Shown: positions 1 through 13,499 of the stretch, one piece after another | Layout of the letters: each line of letters opens with the position of its first letter | How positions within the stretch are numbered: position 1 is the first letter of the stretch | Assembly: GCA_028023455.1 (NCBI GenBank) | Contig: JAQFVV010000004.1 | Location: 20,584,001-20,648,000, forward strand | Source of the DNA: Epiperipatus broadwayi | Lineage: Eukaryota; Animalia; Onychophora | Length of the DNA stretch: 64,000 nucleotides | Direction of reading: 5' to 3' | The notes under the pieces: model-generated | Told to the model about the DNA's origin: nothing | Seen by the model: the letters and a program-made list of their open reading frames with translations, nothing else | Database searches by the model: none | Position numbers and translations under genes: made by a program

Positions 1-439
1 TTATCTCAAAACAAATAAAAATGCTTTGGATGGCAGTGGTTTGAATTTAGCAGCTGAGAAGTTCTATAGTCTGAAAATGTGGCCGCAGGGTTATACTTTG
101 TATAGCCTAGATCTGGTTATAGGTGCCATTGGTCTTAACAACCTTCTGTAGTTGACTTCTTCGCTTGGAGGGCCGGTGTGCTACGATAATAAAAGTGCAG
201 CTGGAGTTGATCGAGATTTGTTTTTTAATTTACATATTCAGAGCGATCTCCCACCCAATTCAATATATGTATATATATATATTACAATCATGACAGATGA
301 AACTAAGTTATGGCCATATTCCCAGGAGTTATAAAGTCACCAGCCAAGGAAATGGTTGGTAGCCAAAAGTGGAGAGTGTTAAGAATTCTTTGATTGTGAA
401 ATCAGGTGCTATTCAAAGATTTTTTATTTACGTACTTAG

Positions 440-3030
440 ATCTGCAAATCACTTTCGAGTTAAGGAAAATTGCATGAAATGGAAAAACTGTGTAATAATA
501 TTAAATGACATATAGTTGATCTTTGTGAAGTTAGAAGATGAAGAGATAATTGATTTAATAAATGGATATATACTTTTTTAAAAAGTCTCAATATTGAAAG
601 CACAGTAGAATGGGCTTCATTATAAATAAAAAATGGAAAAACATTAAGGAGACTGATAATATATTAGAGTAATAAGATTCAAATTAATGATACCAAATGC
701 AGATAATTCAGATTTATGCCTCAATAAATTTCATTGTGATGAAATAATAGAGAATTTTTATATCGATATACAAATTGTTTTTGATCTGACCAAATAAAAT
801 TGATATGAAAAACTTTAATGAATTGGTAAATGATTGAATGATAAAAGTACTGTGGAAAAATTTGATTATACTGTACGAAATGATAGAGGACACAGATTTG
901 TTGAATTCACATAAAAAGAAAACCTGTATATTATGAAATTTTTTTTGAGAAAAATACTAAACATAAATAGATAGTGAAGTATCCAAATGAAAGATACAGC
1001 AGAATTGGATTACACTTTCACTAACCGAAAATATATATGTCAAGAGATCCAACAGTGATTATTGATTAGTCAAATGTAAGATACATGTTAATGAAAAATT
1101 AAAGAAAAAAGTGATTAAAAACAATAATATCCAAAACTCTCTATACGTATTCCCACTCATTCATGTGATGTTTATTGGGTTAAAAACAATAATATCCCTG
1201 ATCTTCAGAAACATTCCAATGAATTTAAATTATAAATTCACTAATCATTTTAAAATATTAAAGTCTCTGAAGATGGCTCAGACTTGGATGAAATCAATAA
1301 AATGATAATTGATACTCCATAAACAACTGCAAGAAACATAGCTAGTATAAATTTTTTGCTGCGACAATATATTCAAGACAAAAGGAATATGAACATTTTA
1401 AAAAATAATCCATTAAGAAAAAATAATAGTATGAAAAAAAAAAGAGTTAATAACAATATTAGAAAAAATAATTATGAATTGGCAAGAGAAACTATAAAAA
1501 AGAATAAAAGTTTCTAAAGTATAAAAAACATATTGGTATTGAAAAGAAAGTTATTGCTACAATAAGAAGTAACTACTACTAAAAAGAGAGATGACTATAA
1601 AAAATTATATGGTAATAATGAACAAGCAACATAAGACTTCCCATTTATTACATCTGAATCACCTGGCATTCTAAATAAAGAAGTGAGACATGCAATAAAA
1701 TCTATGAAAAAGAGAAAAAACCCAGAAAGTAATGAAATTATAATTGACATCTTAAAAGAAGCAGTTAAAGAAATAGAAAAATTGTTGGTAAAGTTATATA
1801 CCAAATATCTAAATAATAAATATGTATCAGATAATTGAAAGAATGCAATAGTAACATTTATATTTAAAATGATAAAGATATTAGAAATTACAAACCTACC
1901 AATATTCTATTCTATACTAAATCTTTACCAAGATAATTACAACCCTTTTACAGAAAACTTTGGATTTTTACAACTAAAATAACAAGCAGGATTTAAGTGG
2001 TTTTAGCACATCCAAGTATTAAGAGAAATTATAAAAAGAACAATGAATATGAATTGCTATGATGCTTTGGATTTGTAGATTATAAAAAGGCATTTCTATG
2101 ATGATAAAGGCAATGGGAAATCAAAATAGTCATATCCTGAAGAATAGTTATCAACTTGCAATAACAATGACTAATTACATGGTGATATTACGATAAATAT
2201 TGAAAAGAATATATGACTGGATGATTTCATATCTCCAAAACATTTTACAGTAGTTTTACAAAAAGTATATTATGAATTAAAATAGGGAGTTAAAATGTAG
2301 ATTATTTAAATCATCTAGATTTTTCAAATGATGTAGTTGTTTTTGCAAATAATACATTAGAGCTTCAAGAAATGTTGCATAAATTTATTAGATAAAAAAA
2401 AAAGGATTAAAGATAAATGCTAAAAAGATTAAGTCATGTTCAATGGATTTTCACAGAAAAAAATAAAGATTGATAATCATGACTTAGAAATTAATAACTA
2501 CAAATATCTTGATCAGATTATTACTATGGATGGAAACATAATGGATGAAATTAATCATAGATTTAAACTTGGGTGGAATACTTTTATGAGAAATAACTTA
2601 ATATTAAAAGGAAATATGCCTCTGTGTTTGAAAAAGTTTTCAATAAATGTATTTTGCTTTTTCTTATTTATGGATCTGAGATTTGGTCACTTATCAGAAA
2701 AACAATCTAGAGTTTTAAGATCTTAATGAAGTATAGAGAAATGTATGTTAGGAATAATAATAAAAAAAGATAAAGAATATGTGTGAGAGAAAAACAGATA
2801 TGACTGCCATTATTGAAAAAATTAAGGAAAAAAACTGAGCTGGACTTAAAATATTGGGAGAATAGATTAATTGAATCCAAAGAAATTGTAAAAGATTTAG
2901 GAGACCACATGTGAGATGAAAAGATAAGGGAGTTTGCTGGTGTATTATGAAAATAAGAGACTAGGGATTAAAGAAACAAAATTAAACCTGGAGAGATCTT
3001 CATTCTGGAATGGATTATAGCTAGGATTGA
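440..3030 (+). mobile_element. Degenerate RTE-clade LINE (APE endonuclease + RT), many stops/frameshifts
   Basis: Fragments translate to ..CEVRR (APE), KEVRHAIKSMKK, CFGFVDYKKAF, HLDFSNDVVVFAN, YKYLDQII..DGNIMDEINHRFKLGW; colinear with the better-preserved copy at 14122-15780. Confidence 0.9.
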
Positions 3031-3566
3031 TACTTATGGGATTATATTTACTTTCATGTTTTTTTAAAAAAAAGTGGTCTATGTGGACATGACACAAAGT
3101 TGATGGTACACCAGTAAAAATCGCATAACAATGTAACATGAAAAATCAACTAAATCAAGGTGAATTTTGCAAAGTTTAATTATTCACATATGTGGCTTTC
3201 ATTCTAAATATAATATGTAACAAAACTATACTATTTTTTACTATAATTATTATTAAAAGCAATAAATTTTATTTAAAGAAAAAACAACATATATTTCAAT
3301 ATTAGCTAAAACAACATAATTTTTTTTTGTTTTCTCCAATGTAAGTTTAAATCCTTCTAAAAACATGATTTAATTGTAAAAATAAAATCATCAAATGATT
3401 TATTGCTTGGGAATTTAGAGCCATGATCCATGGACTACAAGAACCAGAATCCACTACGTTTATTTCATTCAATCACCAAGAGAAAAACTAATATAATAGA
3501 ATAATTTATTGTGCAAAGTTCACAAAAAACTTAAGCATAAGACCAAACAATGTGGATCACCTAAAG

Positions 3567-4006
3567 CAGTGTTTCCCAAAGTGGGGTACGCGTACTGTTG
3601 GGGGTAAGCGATGAGCTTAGTGGGGATACGCGCAGCACCGAACTTTGACTGCATCTGGTGCAACAAGCAGTTTACTTTTTTTTTTATTACAAGCATATAA
3701 AAATAATAAAAAACTTTTTTACTTATTAGTATTGTGTATGTGTAGTTTTGTATGCGTTGCCCTGGTGTTGACAAGCACTTTGATTCTGTGTATTCCTCCA
3801 GTCTATGTCTCAACATAAACAATTTCATCCTTCTCATTGATCTAAATAAATTTTATTTATAGTATAACTTTTATTTATATTTTATTATGAATAAATTTTT
3901 TGTTTATTTTTTTATTAAAGTATATGCAATTTTTTTGATGAGGGGTACTTAGTATTACAAAAATTATTAAAGAGGTACACAGATGTTGAAAGTTTGGGAA
4001 ATACTG
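3567..4006. mobile_element. hAT (Charlie-type) MITE, 440 bp
   Basis: TIRs CAGTGTTTCCCAAA / TTTGGGAAATACTG (13/14) and a perfect 8-bp TSD ACCTAAAG at 3559-3566 and 4007-4014. Confidence 0.92.
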
Positions 4007-4911
4007 ACCTAAAGCAATGAACTGTTATGAATTTATATTTGTTCTTTTATTTTTAGATATCAGGAGATATCTCAAAATTATGATCATTATTCATATTATT
4101 TCAAAAAGAAAAGTTATTCGCAAAAGTAATTTGTATTTGTGTAAAAGTAAAAATTCCATTTAGAAATAACCTTTTTAATTTATAAAATAAGAATGCTAGC
4201 ATTTTGTACTATTTGACATCTATATGTTGATCTTTGCATTCTACTTTTCTTATCTGTAAATATCTGCCGACATCTAAGATCAAAAATGAAAACTAAAATA
4301 TAAATTCTTTAATCTTCTGTCAAAACTGACACAATCCTCAGCAAACAGACCATTCAGAAATCATCTCAAGTGGTTTTGGAATTTATAAAATTTAAGACTC
4401 AATTTTTTTTAAAAAAGATTAGTCTGGCAACTTACAAAAATAATAAAGATCCATAAGATCGGTAATGTTTTAAAAGCTCTTATTGATCTTCAAATATTCT
4501 AGTTCTCAGAATGTTTTCCCTTCTACTTTTGTTTAGGTTTTGATATCCAATATCCTTTAGTTATTTCATTTTATCCTCTCATTCTTCTAAGAAAACACTG
4601 AGATCATATTTATACACATTTGATTACATTGATAGATTATTTTCCATTCTAACATACAATTAATCTATGAAATAAATCAGTTTGTTTCTTAAATCCTAGC
4701 TACATGAATCAGCATTACCAGACTGTTCAAATTTGAATGACACATACTATTAAAATTTTCATTTTGGAGTACTTGTTACTTTTGGGGGTTTTAAAAATAT
4801 TTGTTTTGGGGCTATAAATCTGCTAATTTTAGATGGTGAATGCAATTGGATTGGTACAAATTTTTAACAAGTATTAAAATAAATAAATAATACTTCTATA
4901 TATAATATAAA

Positions 4912-6168
4912 TATAACATAAAATAACAATTCGTGTCAATTGTTAATACAGAGTTTAATATAAATAAATAAAATAATAACAAATAATATTTCCAAGCGCT
5001 TTCAACTCTTACAAGTCCTTATCAAGGCAGTGTAAAAAATTCTATTTTCTCCTAGGTGATGAATTTAACATTTCATAGTATTGGCCAGAAACAACTAATC
5101 AGAAAGCTGGTTAATTTCTAATTCATAGCACAAGATGAATTTTGTATAAGATATGATTCTTTAATCTTGCATTTTTTATCATGTGTTTCATGCATTAATA
5201 TTGTAAAATCCTTTGGACTACATATATGGCCTGTATTATTTTGGTGAACATAAAAAGCTGAATAAACTGTATCATCTTCTCTTGCTCTATTATACGTATA
5301 TTTATGTTATTAAAGGTGATATTTAATATTTGTTTTGGTTTCTCCAACATATATTGCACTACAATTTATTTGTGGGCATCTAATAGAGTATACAACACTG
5401 CTTTTATCCTCCTTATTTATTATTTCTTTAGAATTATTTATTAACCTATTAAGGTTAGGTCGAGTTCTCCATGCTAATCGAAAATCTTGACTTAAAACTT
5501 TTATTATATTTTTATTAATATTGGGAATAAAAGCTAATGACATCCATGGTTTATTATTCATATTTATATGGTCACTATTATGACATCGTTTATAATGCTT
5601 CAATACAATAGATAATAGCATTTGTTTATTATAACCCACTTGTATTAAATCTTGCATATAACATTTTATATTATGTTTCATAAACATTTCATTTGAACAC
5701 AGTCGTTGATTACGTGTTAAAAAAGCTCTAAAACCAGCTAATTTGTGTACTAAAGTAGCCTCTATTATCTATATGTTTTACAACCATTTTATATACTAAT
5801 TTATCATCTACCCTTGATATTTGCAAATCTAGGTATTTAATACTAGAATTGTCTTCTCTTTCTATTGTCCAAACTAAACCATCCTGGTTTTGCAAACTAT
5901 CAAAAATTTGCTTTATAATGTCTGGTAGCCCATATATCAAAACATCATCCACATATCTACAATATAATGTGTTCTCATTTCTTACTAATATGGGATGCAC
6001 AATTCGCTGTTCTATATATCTACAAACAAATTACTTAATAATCCACTTACAGCCAAACACATTGGCCATCCTTTTTCCATTCTATATAAGTTACTACCAT
6101 GTGCTGCAACAATATCATTGCTTATCCAAATTAAAACATCTATAATGAAAGATATTTTATCCTGTGGC
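4912..6168 (-). mobile_element. 5'-truncated Penelope-like element (RT C-terminal half + GIY-YIG + 3' pLTR), left arm of palindrome
   Basis: Minus ORFs with YCRYVDDVLIYG, IKYLDLQI, VVYSIRC..IYVGETK (GIY-YIG); near-identical reverse complement of 6177-7342. Confidence 0.92.
4992..5027 (-). ncRNA. Minimal type I hammerhead-like motif, U3:A8 variant (PLE pLTR)
   Basis: Minus strand CC-UUGAUAA-G-GACU-uguaag-AGUU-GAAA-GCGC-UU-GG; palindromic GCGC stem III; stem I only 2 bp. Confidence 0.5.
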
Positions 6169-6176
6169 AAAAAAAA

Positions 6177-7342
6177 AAAAAGGATGGCCACTGGGTTTGG
6201 CTGTAAATGGATTATTAAGTAACTTGTATATAGAACAGCGAATTGTGCATCCCATACTAGTAAGAAATGAGAACACATTATACTGTAGATATGTGGATGA
6301 TGTTTTGATATATGGGCTACAAGACATTATAAAGCAAATTTTTGATAGTTCGCAGAACCAGGATGGTTTAGTTTGGACAATAGAAAGAGAACACAATTCT
6401 AGTAGTAAATATCTAGATTTGCAAATATCAAGGGTAGATGATAAATTAGTATATAAAATGGTTGTAAAACATATAGATAATAGAGGCTACATTCATCCAA
6501 CATCTAATGTTCCTTTAGTACACAAATTAGCTGGTTTTAGAGCTTTTTTAACACGTAATCAATGACTGTGTTCAAATGAAATGTTTATGAAAGATAATAT
6601 AAAATGTTATAAGCAAGATTTAATACAAGTGGGTTATAATAAACAAATGCTATTATCTATTGTATTGAAGCATTATAAACAATGTCATAATAGTGACCAT
6701 ATAAATATGAATAATAAACCATGGATGTCATTAGCTTTTATTCCCAATATTAATAAAAGTTTTAAGTCAAGATTTCCGATTAGCATGGAGAACTCCACCT
6801 AACCTTAATAGGTTAATAAATAATTCTAAGGAAATAATAAATAAGGAGGATAAAAGCAGTGTTGTATACTCTATTAGATGCCCTCAAATAAATTGTAGTG
6901 TAATATATGTTGGAGAAACCAAAACAAATATTAAATATCGCCTTTAACAACATAAATATACGTATAATAGAGCAAGAGAAGATGATACAGTTTATTCAGC
7001 TTTTTATGTTCACCAAAATAATACAGGCCATATATGTAGTCCAAAGGATTTTACAATATTAATGCACGAAACACATGATAAAAAACGCAAGATTAAAGAA
7101 TCATATCTTATACAAAATTCATCTTGTGCTATGAATTCGAAATTAACCAGCTTTCCGATTAGTTGTTTCTGGCCAATACAATGAAATGTTAAATTCATCA
7201 CCTAGGAGAAAATAGAATTTTTTACACTGCCTTGATAAAGACTGTAAGAGTTGAAAGCGCTTGGAAATATTATGTTATTATTTTATTTATTTATATTAAA
7301 CTCTGTATTAACAATTGGCACGAATGGTTATTTTATGTTATA
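6177..7342 (+). mobile_element. 5'-truncated Penelope-like element, right arm of palindrome
   Basis: ORF 6164-6565 GWPLGLAVNGLLSNLY..YCRYVDD..KYLDLQI..YIHPTSNVP..; GIY-YIG downstream at ~6860-6930. Confidence 0.92.
7230..7264 (+). ncRNA. Minimal type I hammerhead-like motif, U3:A8 variant (PLE pLTR)
   Basis: CC-TTGATAA-A-GACT-gtaag-AGTT-GAAA-GCGC-TT-GG; mirror copy of 4992-5027. Confidence 0.5.
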
Positions 7343-8589
7343 ACAAGTATTAAACATACTTCACAGTCTCAGACAATAATTATAGGTATTGTGACCAACA
7401 TAATTGGGGATTATAGGCTTTTTTGAAATATTTATTTTTTATGATATTGCTATGTAATAAATAAATTAGCAAATGTCTTCTATAAATATATATACTGTAT
7501 TTAAAAGGCAAAATTTTATGTTATATAAAAATTTAAAAAAGCATAAACATTTGAATCCATTATAAATGTCATAAGTAAAATTAAATTAATTAAAAACATA
7601 TAGTAAATTAAGAATTAAAAAGCAACTCTTTAACTAGCGAAGTAAAAATAAAATACGTATTTCAGCTAGTCTAATTAAAAGGAGAATATATATATAAAGA
7701 TTAGATCATACATAAAGAGAAAGGAGCTCGTATCGGTGAATGAAGCCATCATATTTTTTTCTACTACAATTTTTAACGGACTCAAGATATGCAGAATGAA
7801 ATTCATATATATATATAAGATACGATAAGAAAATCACGAATTCAGAAATTGAACTTCTAAGCAATACCAAATTTAATTAATAAGAATAAAATTTATCTTT
7901 TTTGTAAATAAACTGAAAAGATTTGATCGTTTCGAAAATTAATTATCAGACCGAGCACTAGTTATATTGATATTTTAATTACATTATCTACAAATTGCTA
8001 TATTTACATTTTATTTATTTCTATTACTCGTCTGGTAATTATTATCAACTAAATACATACGATTTGGCAGGATGGACACAGTAATCAGGTCAGCCCCCCC
8101 TAAGCTGACAACTCTTATAAAAGACTCCTAGCATTGTCGTTTTGCTAAGGATAGAAAAGCATTACTCTAAAAACTGTTATACTGACATCATTAATGTTTT
8201 CTATGTATTCATTACAAGCCTATTAGTACATTACTAATTGCGCTTTATGATTATAATAAAAAGAGCTACTTGCAATCAGACAATAATCAAAAGCCAATCT
8301 CATTATGTGATTTTTTATACAACAAACCTGATTTATGATAGTTTATGAGTTCAAGAATTGTTGTTTATTTAATAAACTTACTTTTATTTAAAAAAATTTA
8401 TTTTTATAATGATTCAAATAAATAAATACTGTTCATTTAGTTACCTCTTTTCCAATAACAGCTACACATACAGCCATGTTAAAATCATTGCCTAAATAAA
8501 AATGTTTAATTATTTAGAACTGTAAATAAATAACATCATAACACAACTATAGACAACTTACAAACATTGAAATTAAAATAATTTTATGG

Positions 8590-9210
8590 CAAAAACCTAA
8601 AGATAAATGAATGAGTAGAACTTTTTTTTGTTTTGTGGTTCATTGGTTACATTTTTATAATTTATTGAATAGCTTTTAAATTAATGTCTTTTTTTTTTAA
8701 TTATTACTATAAAAATTTTAATATAATTAAAAATAATTAAAATATAGATTTAATTTATTGTTTACGAATTAATATTTAACAAATAAAATGCAAGAAAAAT
8801 GTTACAGTTAAAGTCCAATCAGGATAAAGATCACAAATTTAATTTTTCACTAGGTAAGTTATTTCTAAACATCCGCAGCTAAGGTAAGGAAAATTAAAAT
8901 TTAATTTCGTCATAAAAAAAATAAATACACGTATACCGTATATATGAACGAATGAATAGAACTTTTTTCTTGTTGTTTATTGGCTATATTCCTACTCATA
9001 TTCTGAATTTCTTTTAACTTACTGTAATATTTTTATTATAATTAAACATGTAATATTACTAAGAATTAAATTGAAATAGTTAACAAAATTTTAATTTAGT
9101 TTTTTTTTTTCAATTATCAATATTAACCAATAAAATGCAAGAAAAACGTTAAATGTTATAGTCCAATCAAAATAACGGACACGAATTTAAACTTTCATTT
9201 AGTCAGTTCA
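8590..9210. repeat. Old, diverged ~350-bp tandem duplication
   Basis: Blocks 'gaatgagtagaacttttttt' and 'aataaaatgcaagaaaaatgtta..gtccaatca' recur ~340-350 bp later (8605/8948, 8780/9129). Confidence 0.55.
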
Positions 9211-9899
9211 GTTTAACTGTTCTCATTATCCTTCCAAATATACTTTTTTAGAAAAAAAAAAAATTGTTAAGGTAATAAAAATTATTCATTTTTTTGTAGA
9301 TTTATTTTTGTAATGTCTTACAATTAAAAGGGGGAAAAGTTAGTTTATATTTATTAACTTATTTATTTGTCCTTGTAATTCTTTTTGAGGATTTGTTTTC
9401 TGTATAGTTGTATGTTAATTTCAAATATATATATCATATATTATTATTGTGTTGTAATGTACAATTTAATTTTACATAAGAAAAGTGAATTATTTAATGT
9501 GTCTCGATTTTATTATCCCTCATAATAAAATTGTAGACTTTTTAATTAAATCGTGAAAATTTTAAATCTCCCTATGTTTATTTATTAACTAATGTAATGA
9601 AATATTGGATTATTATTTTTTGATTATATTTCTTTTTTGGAAGTATATTCATTTTTAGATCAATATATGTTAAAACTTAAATATATAATATTTACATTAG
9701 TATGTGTTCTTTTTAATGTCTTTAATTTACAAAAAAAAAAGTAGATAATTCAGACTTTCGTAATAAAATGTCTTCTAATACTAAAGAAACTTAAATAAAA
9801 TTGTGAAAATTTTCAATATTTATTTTACTTATTAAATAATGTAATGAAAGATTTGATTATTATTCTCTTAAAACTAATTGTTTTACTAAAAATAATAGA

Positions 9900-10020
9900 T
9901 GGCATCTGTTTCATAATAGCAATAATGATTTTAAGACAGAATTATATGCGACTAACGATATCTTTCAAACTTAATCGTGGTATTCCACAGGGTTCGCTAC
10001 TTGCATCATTGCTATTTGGA
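9900..10020 (+). mobile_element. Short RT fragment of another LINE (PQGS motif)
   Basis: Translates RQNYMRLTISFKLNRGIPQGSLLASLLF, the LINE RT G-x-PQGS-x-L-x-x-LF motif. Confidence 0.55.
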
Positions 10021-10049
10021 GAAGAAAGAGTCAAAAGAATTTATAAAAG

Positions 10050-13000
10050 ACTAGTTATGAAAGAAGAAATTGTTAAAATTGGGTATTTTAAAAGAAGAAA
10101 GAATCAAAGGAATTTATAAAAGACTAGTTATGAAAGAAGAAATTGTTAAAATTGGATATTTTAATATGCAAGGGTGTAGGAATAGTGGAAACATATCTAA
10201 GAGAAGAAGAACCTATTCTGGAAGACTTAGTATAGCAGGGTATAAATAAAAAAGAAAAGGAGTGGTGGTATAGGATTTATGTCAAAAAAAAAATTTAAAT
10301 ACTGTTAAATGTCAAGAACATTTGTGGTTTGAGATAAGGTTAGGAAGACAAGAATGGATGGTGGCTATAGTGTATATAGCTACTGGAGATGGTCAATCTA
10401 TAATGGAGTGGAACAGTGGCATATATGAATGCCTAATTAAGGATATACAGAGTTTTAAAGAAAAAGGAAAGAGAATAATGGTTATAGGAGGTATGAATGG
10501 GCATATTGAAGAAATTGATGATGTAGGTAATAAGAATGGACAGCTTTCGAAGAATTTTTGTCAGGGAGTGAATTTGAGCTTTCGAAATTGATATCAAATA
10601 TTTATGAGGGACAATACACATCACACAACAGATTGTGTATTAGTAGAGAAAGAGGGAATGGATAAAGTACAGAAAATTAAGATGTTGATAATGAAGAGAG
10701 AGTATGTAATAATGATCATAATTTATTTATAATAGAAATAGTAATGTGATGGAAAATAAAAATAAAAGTAGAAACGATAGTGAAAGATGTGGATGGAGAG
10801 TGTATGATAAGAGTAAATTAAAAGAATATAAAAGTTGAAGAAACCATGGAAGAGTTGGTTGGGGGTGAGTATAAGGACTGGTTTAGTGCAATAAAGTAGC
10901 AAATTGGGTTTTAGGTGGGAATATTCAGAATAAAAATAAAAAAAGTGATAGTAAAAGAGAGGAAAAAAACATGCAGAGAATAGGTGTGCTTTTAAGAACA
11001 AAGAAAGTGAAAAAGATGTTAAATGGGAAAAATACTTAGAAAAAAGAAGGCTAAAATAGATAATTATAGAGGGAGAATGAAGTTGAATAGTAAATTGTTG
11101 TAGGATATTAATAAAAGTGGAAGAGATGGGAGTAAAAAATTTTGGAAATACATTAAAAGAAGGAAAACAGGCAAAACTCTTCATACAGTAGTGCCAACCA
11201 GAGAAATCAATGGATGCCAGAAAGATTACTCTGGTTGGCACTGAGTGGCACTACTGTATGGAGAGTTTTGCCTGTTTTAATAACAATGTGCTAGCATAAG
11301 AAACAGTGATCATGTGATGTTTAGTGGTTTTTAAGAAGGAATGTAGGGGAGAGATAGTATTACTAGATGATGAGGGAGTAGAGAGTAGCTCTAGAGAAGA
11401 ATAAGTGATAATATTAAATATGTAATGGATATTGAAAAGATGTTAGATGTGAAAGACAGTGATAGCAAACATGAAAGCATGTAGTAATGGGAATATTAGG
11501 TTTACAGAAAATGAACTGAATGATGCAGAGAAAAAAATCGAAAAATGGAAAGGCAAGAGGTTTAGATGGATAGTAGAGATGGTAATGAATTTAGGGCATA
11601 GGGCAAAATAAAATTAATATCCGGTTTTAATAAGATGGCACAGAAGAGATTTTTCGGGTGGTTGGAGTAATACAAGAGTAAGACTATTTAAAGAAAAGGG
11701 CAAGAATCATAAAAAGTAGACCTATAGCGATAACATCAGTTTAATGTAAAGTTTTCTCATGTATGGTGGCTGGAAGGGTTGCAAAATGGATGAAAGAAAA
11801 TAATAGTGGAAGAAATGCAAGGTTTTCGATCGGATAGGCATATAGAAGATAGTTTATTTGTAATTACACAACTTATGGGTATGAATCGATATAAAGGTAG
11901 ACAGTTATATATGGTTTCTATAGATATAGAGAAGGCATATGATAGAGTAAATAGAAGTAGATTATGGGTAAGTTTAGTAAATTTGGGAATACGTATCAAT
12001 TAGAGAATATAGAATCAATTACTTAAAAATGGGATGGGACTAAGGCAAGGATGCCCTAGGTCACCCATTTTGTTTTTGTTGTATTTGAGAGAAATGGAGA
12101 GAGCAATAGAAAGATTAGGAAGGGGGATAGAGATAGCTTTAATAGGTGGCATGGGAGTGTATACATTATCGGGTCTTTTATTTGAAGATGATCGACTTTT
12201 TGTGTCAGAAACAAAGGAAGATATGGAAGTTATGCAGAGGACATGCAGCAAGGGTGGGTAAAGAGATGGGAATTAAGTTTAGTGAAAAATCAAAAGTAAT
12301 GATGACTAATATTGGGGAAAGAGAAGACGAAGAAATTTTATTGGGGGATATAAAGTTAAATGTGGTGAATAGATATAACTTTGGGAATCGTATTAAATAA
12401 TCAGAGAAACTGCTTGGATGAATGGGAGAAAATATTGATAAATAAAGAAAAGAAAGGGATTGATAAAGAAATTAACAGTGTTTTTATATAATAAATATGA
12501 TGTAGCTAGAATTGTATGGACGGGAGTGACAATAGCAGGATTAACATATAGTTTTGATGACAATAGCAGGATTAACATATAGTTTTGATGCATTATGTGT
12601 TAGTAAATGAGTATTAGATTACTTGGAAAAAGTACAAAGAGAAGTAGGAAGATATGTATTAGATGCAGATGTGTGACAGTAAAGGAGCAATTCAAGGAGA
12701 AATGGGGTGGTCAAGTTTTTATATGAGGGATGCAAAAAAGCAAAATTAATATGTTCGGTAGATTGCAGTTTATGGATAATAAAAGAATAGCCAAAATAAT
12801 ATTTAATTGGATTATGAATAAAGGGCACGTAATAAGATGGGTGAGAAAAGTAACGCGGTATGCAGATTTGGATAATGAATTTATGTCAGTATATTTGTAC
12901 AAAAGGTGGGATGATTGTGTTAGGAGAATTGTTTGTGTTATAGTGATAAGGAATGGAATAGATGCATTAATGAAGAATAGGGAGATGGAGAACTAGTATA

Positions 13001-13490
13001 AAGAGTAAAAAGAGTTTAAATGTATATAGTAGTAAACAGAATATTGAGTGCGAGTTAATTTATGATAATAGCAAGGAAAGTGGTTTACTGTTTAAGGCTC
13101 GAACGGGATCTTTAGCAACAGGGGATTATACATGTAAATGGAAAAAACGTGGAAGGCATAGAAAATATTAGGCATCTATTAATTGAATATAAATGCCTGA
13201 AAGTAGAAAGGATACAAGTAATAAAGTTGTTGAAGAATAAATATAAGGAAAGTGATTATACAAAAAGTGGGTTATTGATTTTTATGCTGGGTTTGGGAAA
13301 AGATAAGGGGGATTTAGATATAAAAGCAATGGAGTTGACAAATATGTTGTGGAAATGGGATGGAGCAGGATATGGGAAAACTTAGGGTGACGAATGGGAA
13401 GAGAAGGTAAAGTGGCTAACAGGTTTCTCTTGGCATAGTTGCTGAGATTCCTGACTGTATAAGTAGTCACAGTGCATCACATCAACATGC
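10050..13490 (+). mobile_element. Near full-length degenerate non-LTR retrotransposon ORF2 (APE-RT-Cys/His C-terminus), clade unresolved
   Basis: IGYFNMQGCR and IMVIGGMNGH (APE); QGFR..R.IEDSLF, SIDIEKAYDRV, GLRQGCPRSPILF, GLLFEDD (RT); LFKARTGSL..ENIRHLLIE (C-terminus). Confidence 0.88.
11164..11315. repeat. Fold-back copy of an unnamed ~170-bp interspersed repeat inserted in the LINE
   Basis: aaaacaggcaaaactcttcatacagtagtgcca-accagag ... ctctggttggcactgagtggcactactgtatggagagttttgcctgtttt; same family at 32495-33310. Confidence 0.75.
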
Positions 13491-13499
13491 AATTTATAT

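Noticed and set aside
10723-11241. 172-aa minus ORF and similar F/L/S-rich ORFs (e.g. 14048-14545 +)
   Set aside because: Antisense shadows of purine-rich LINE coding strands.
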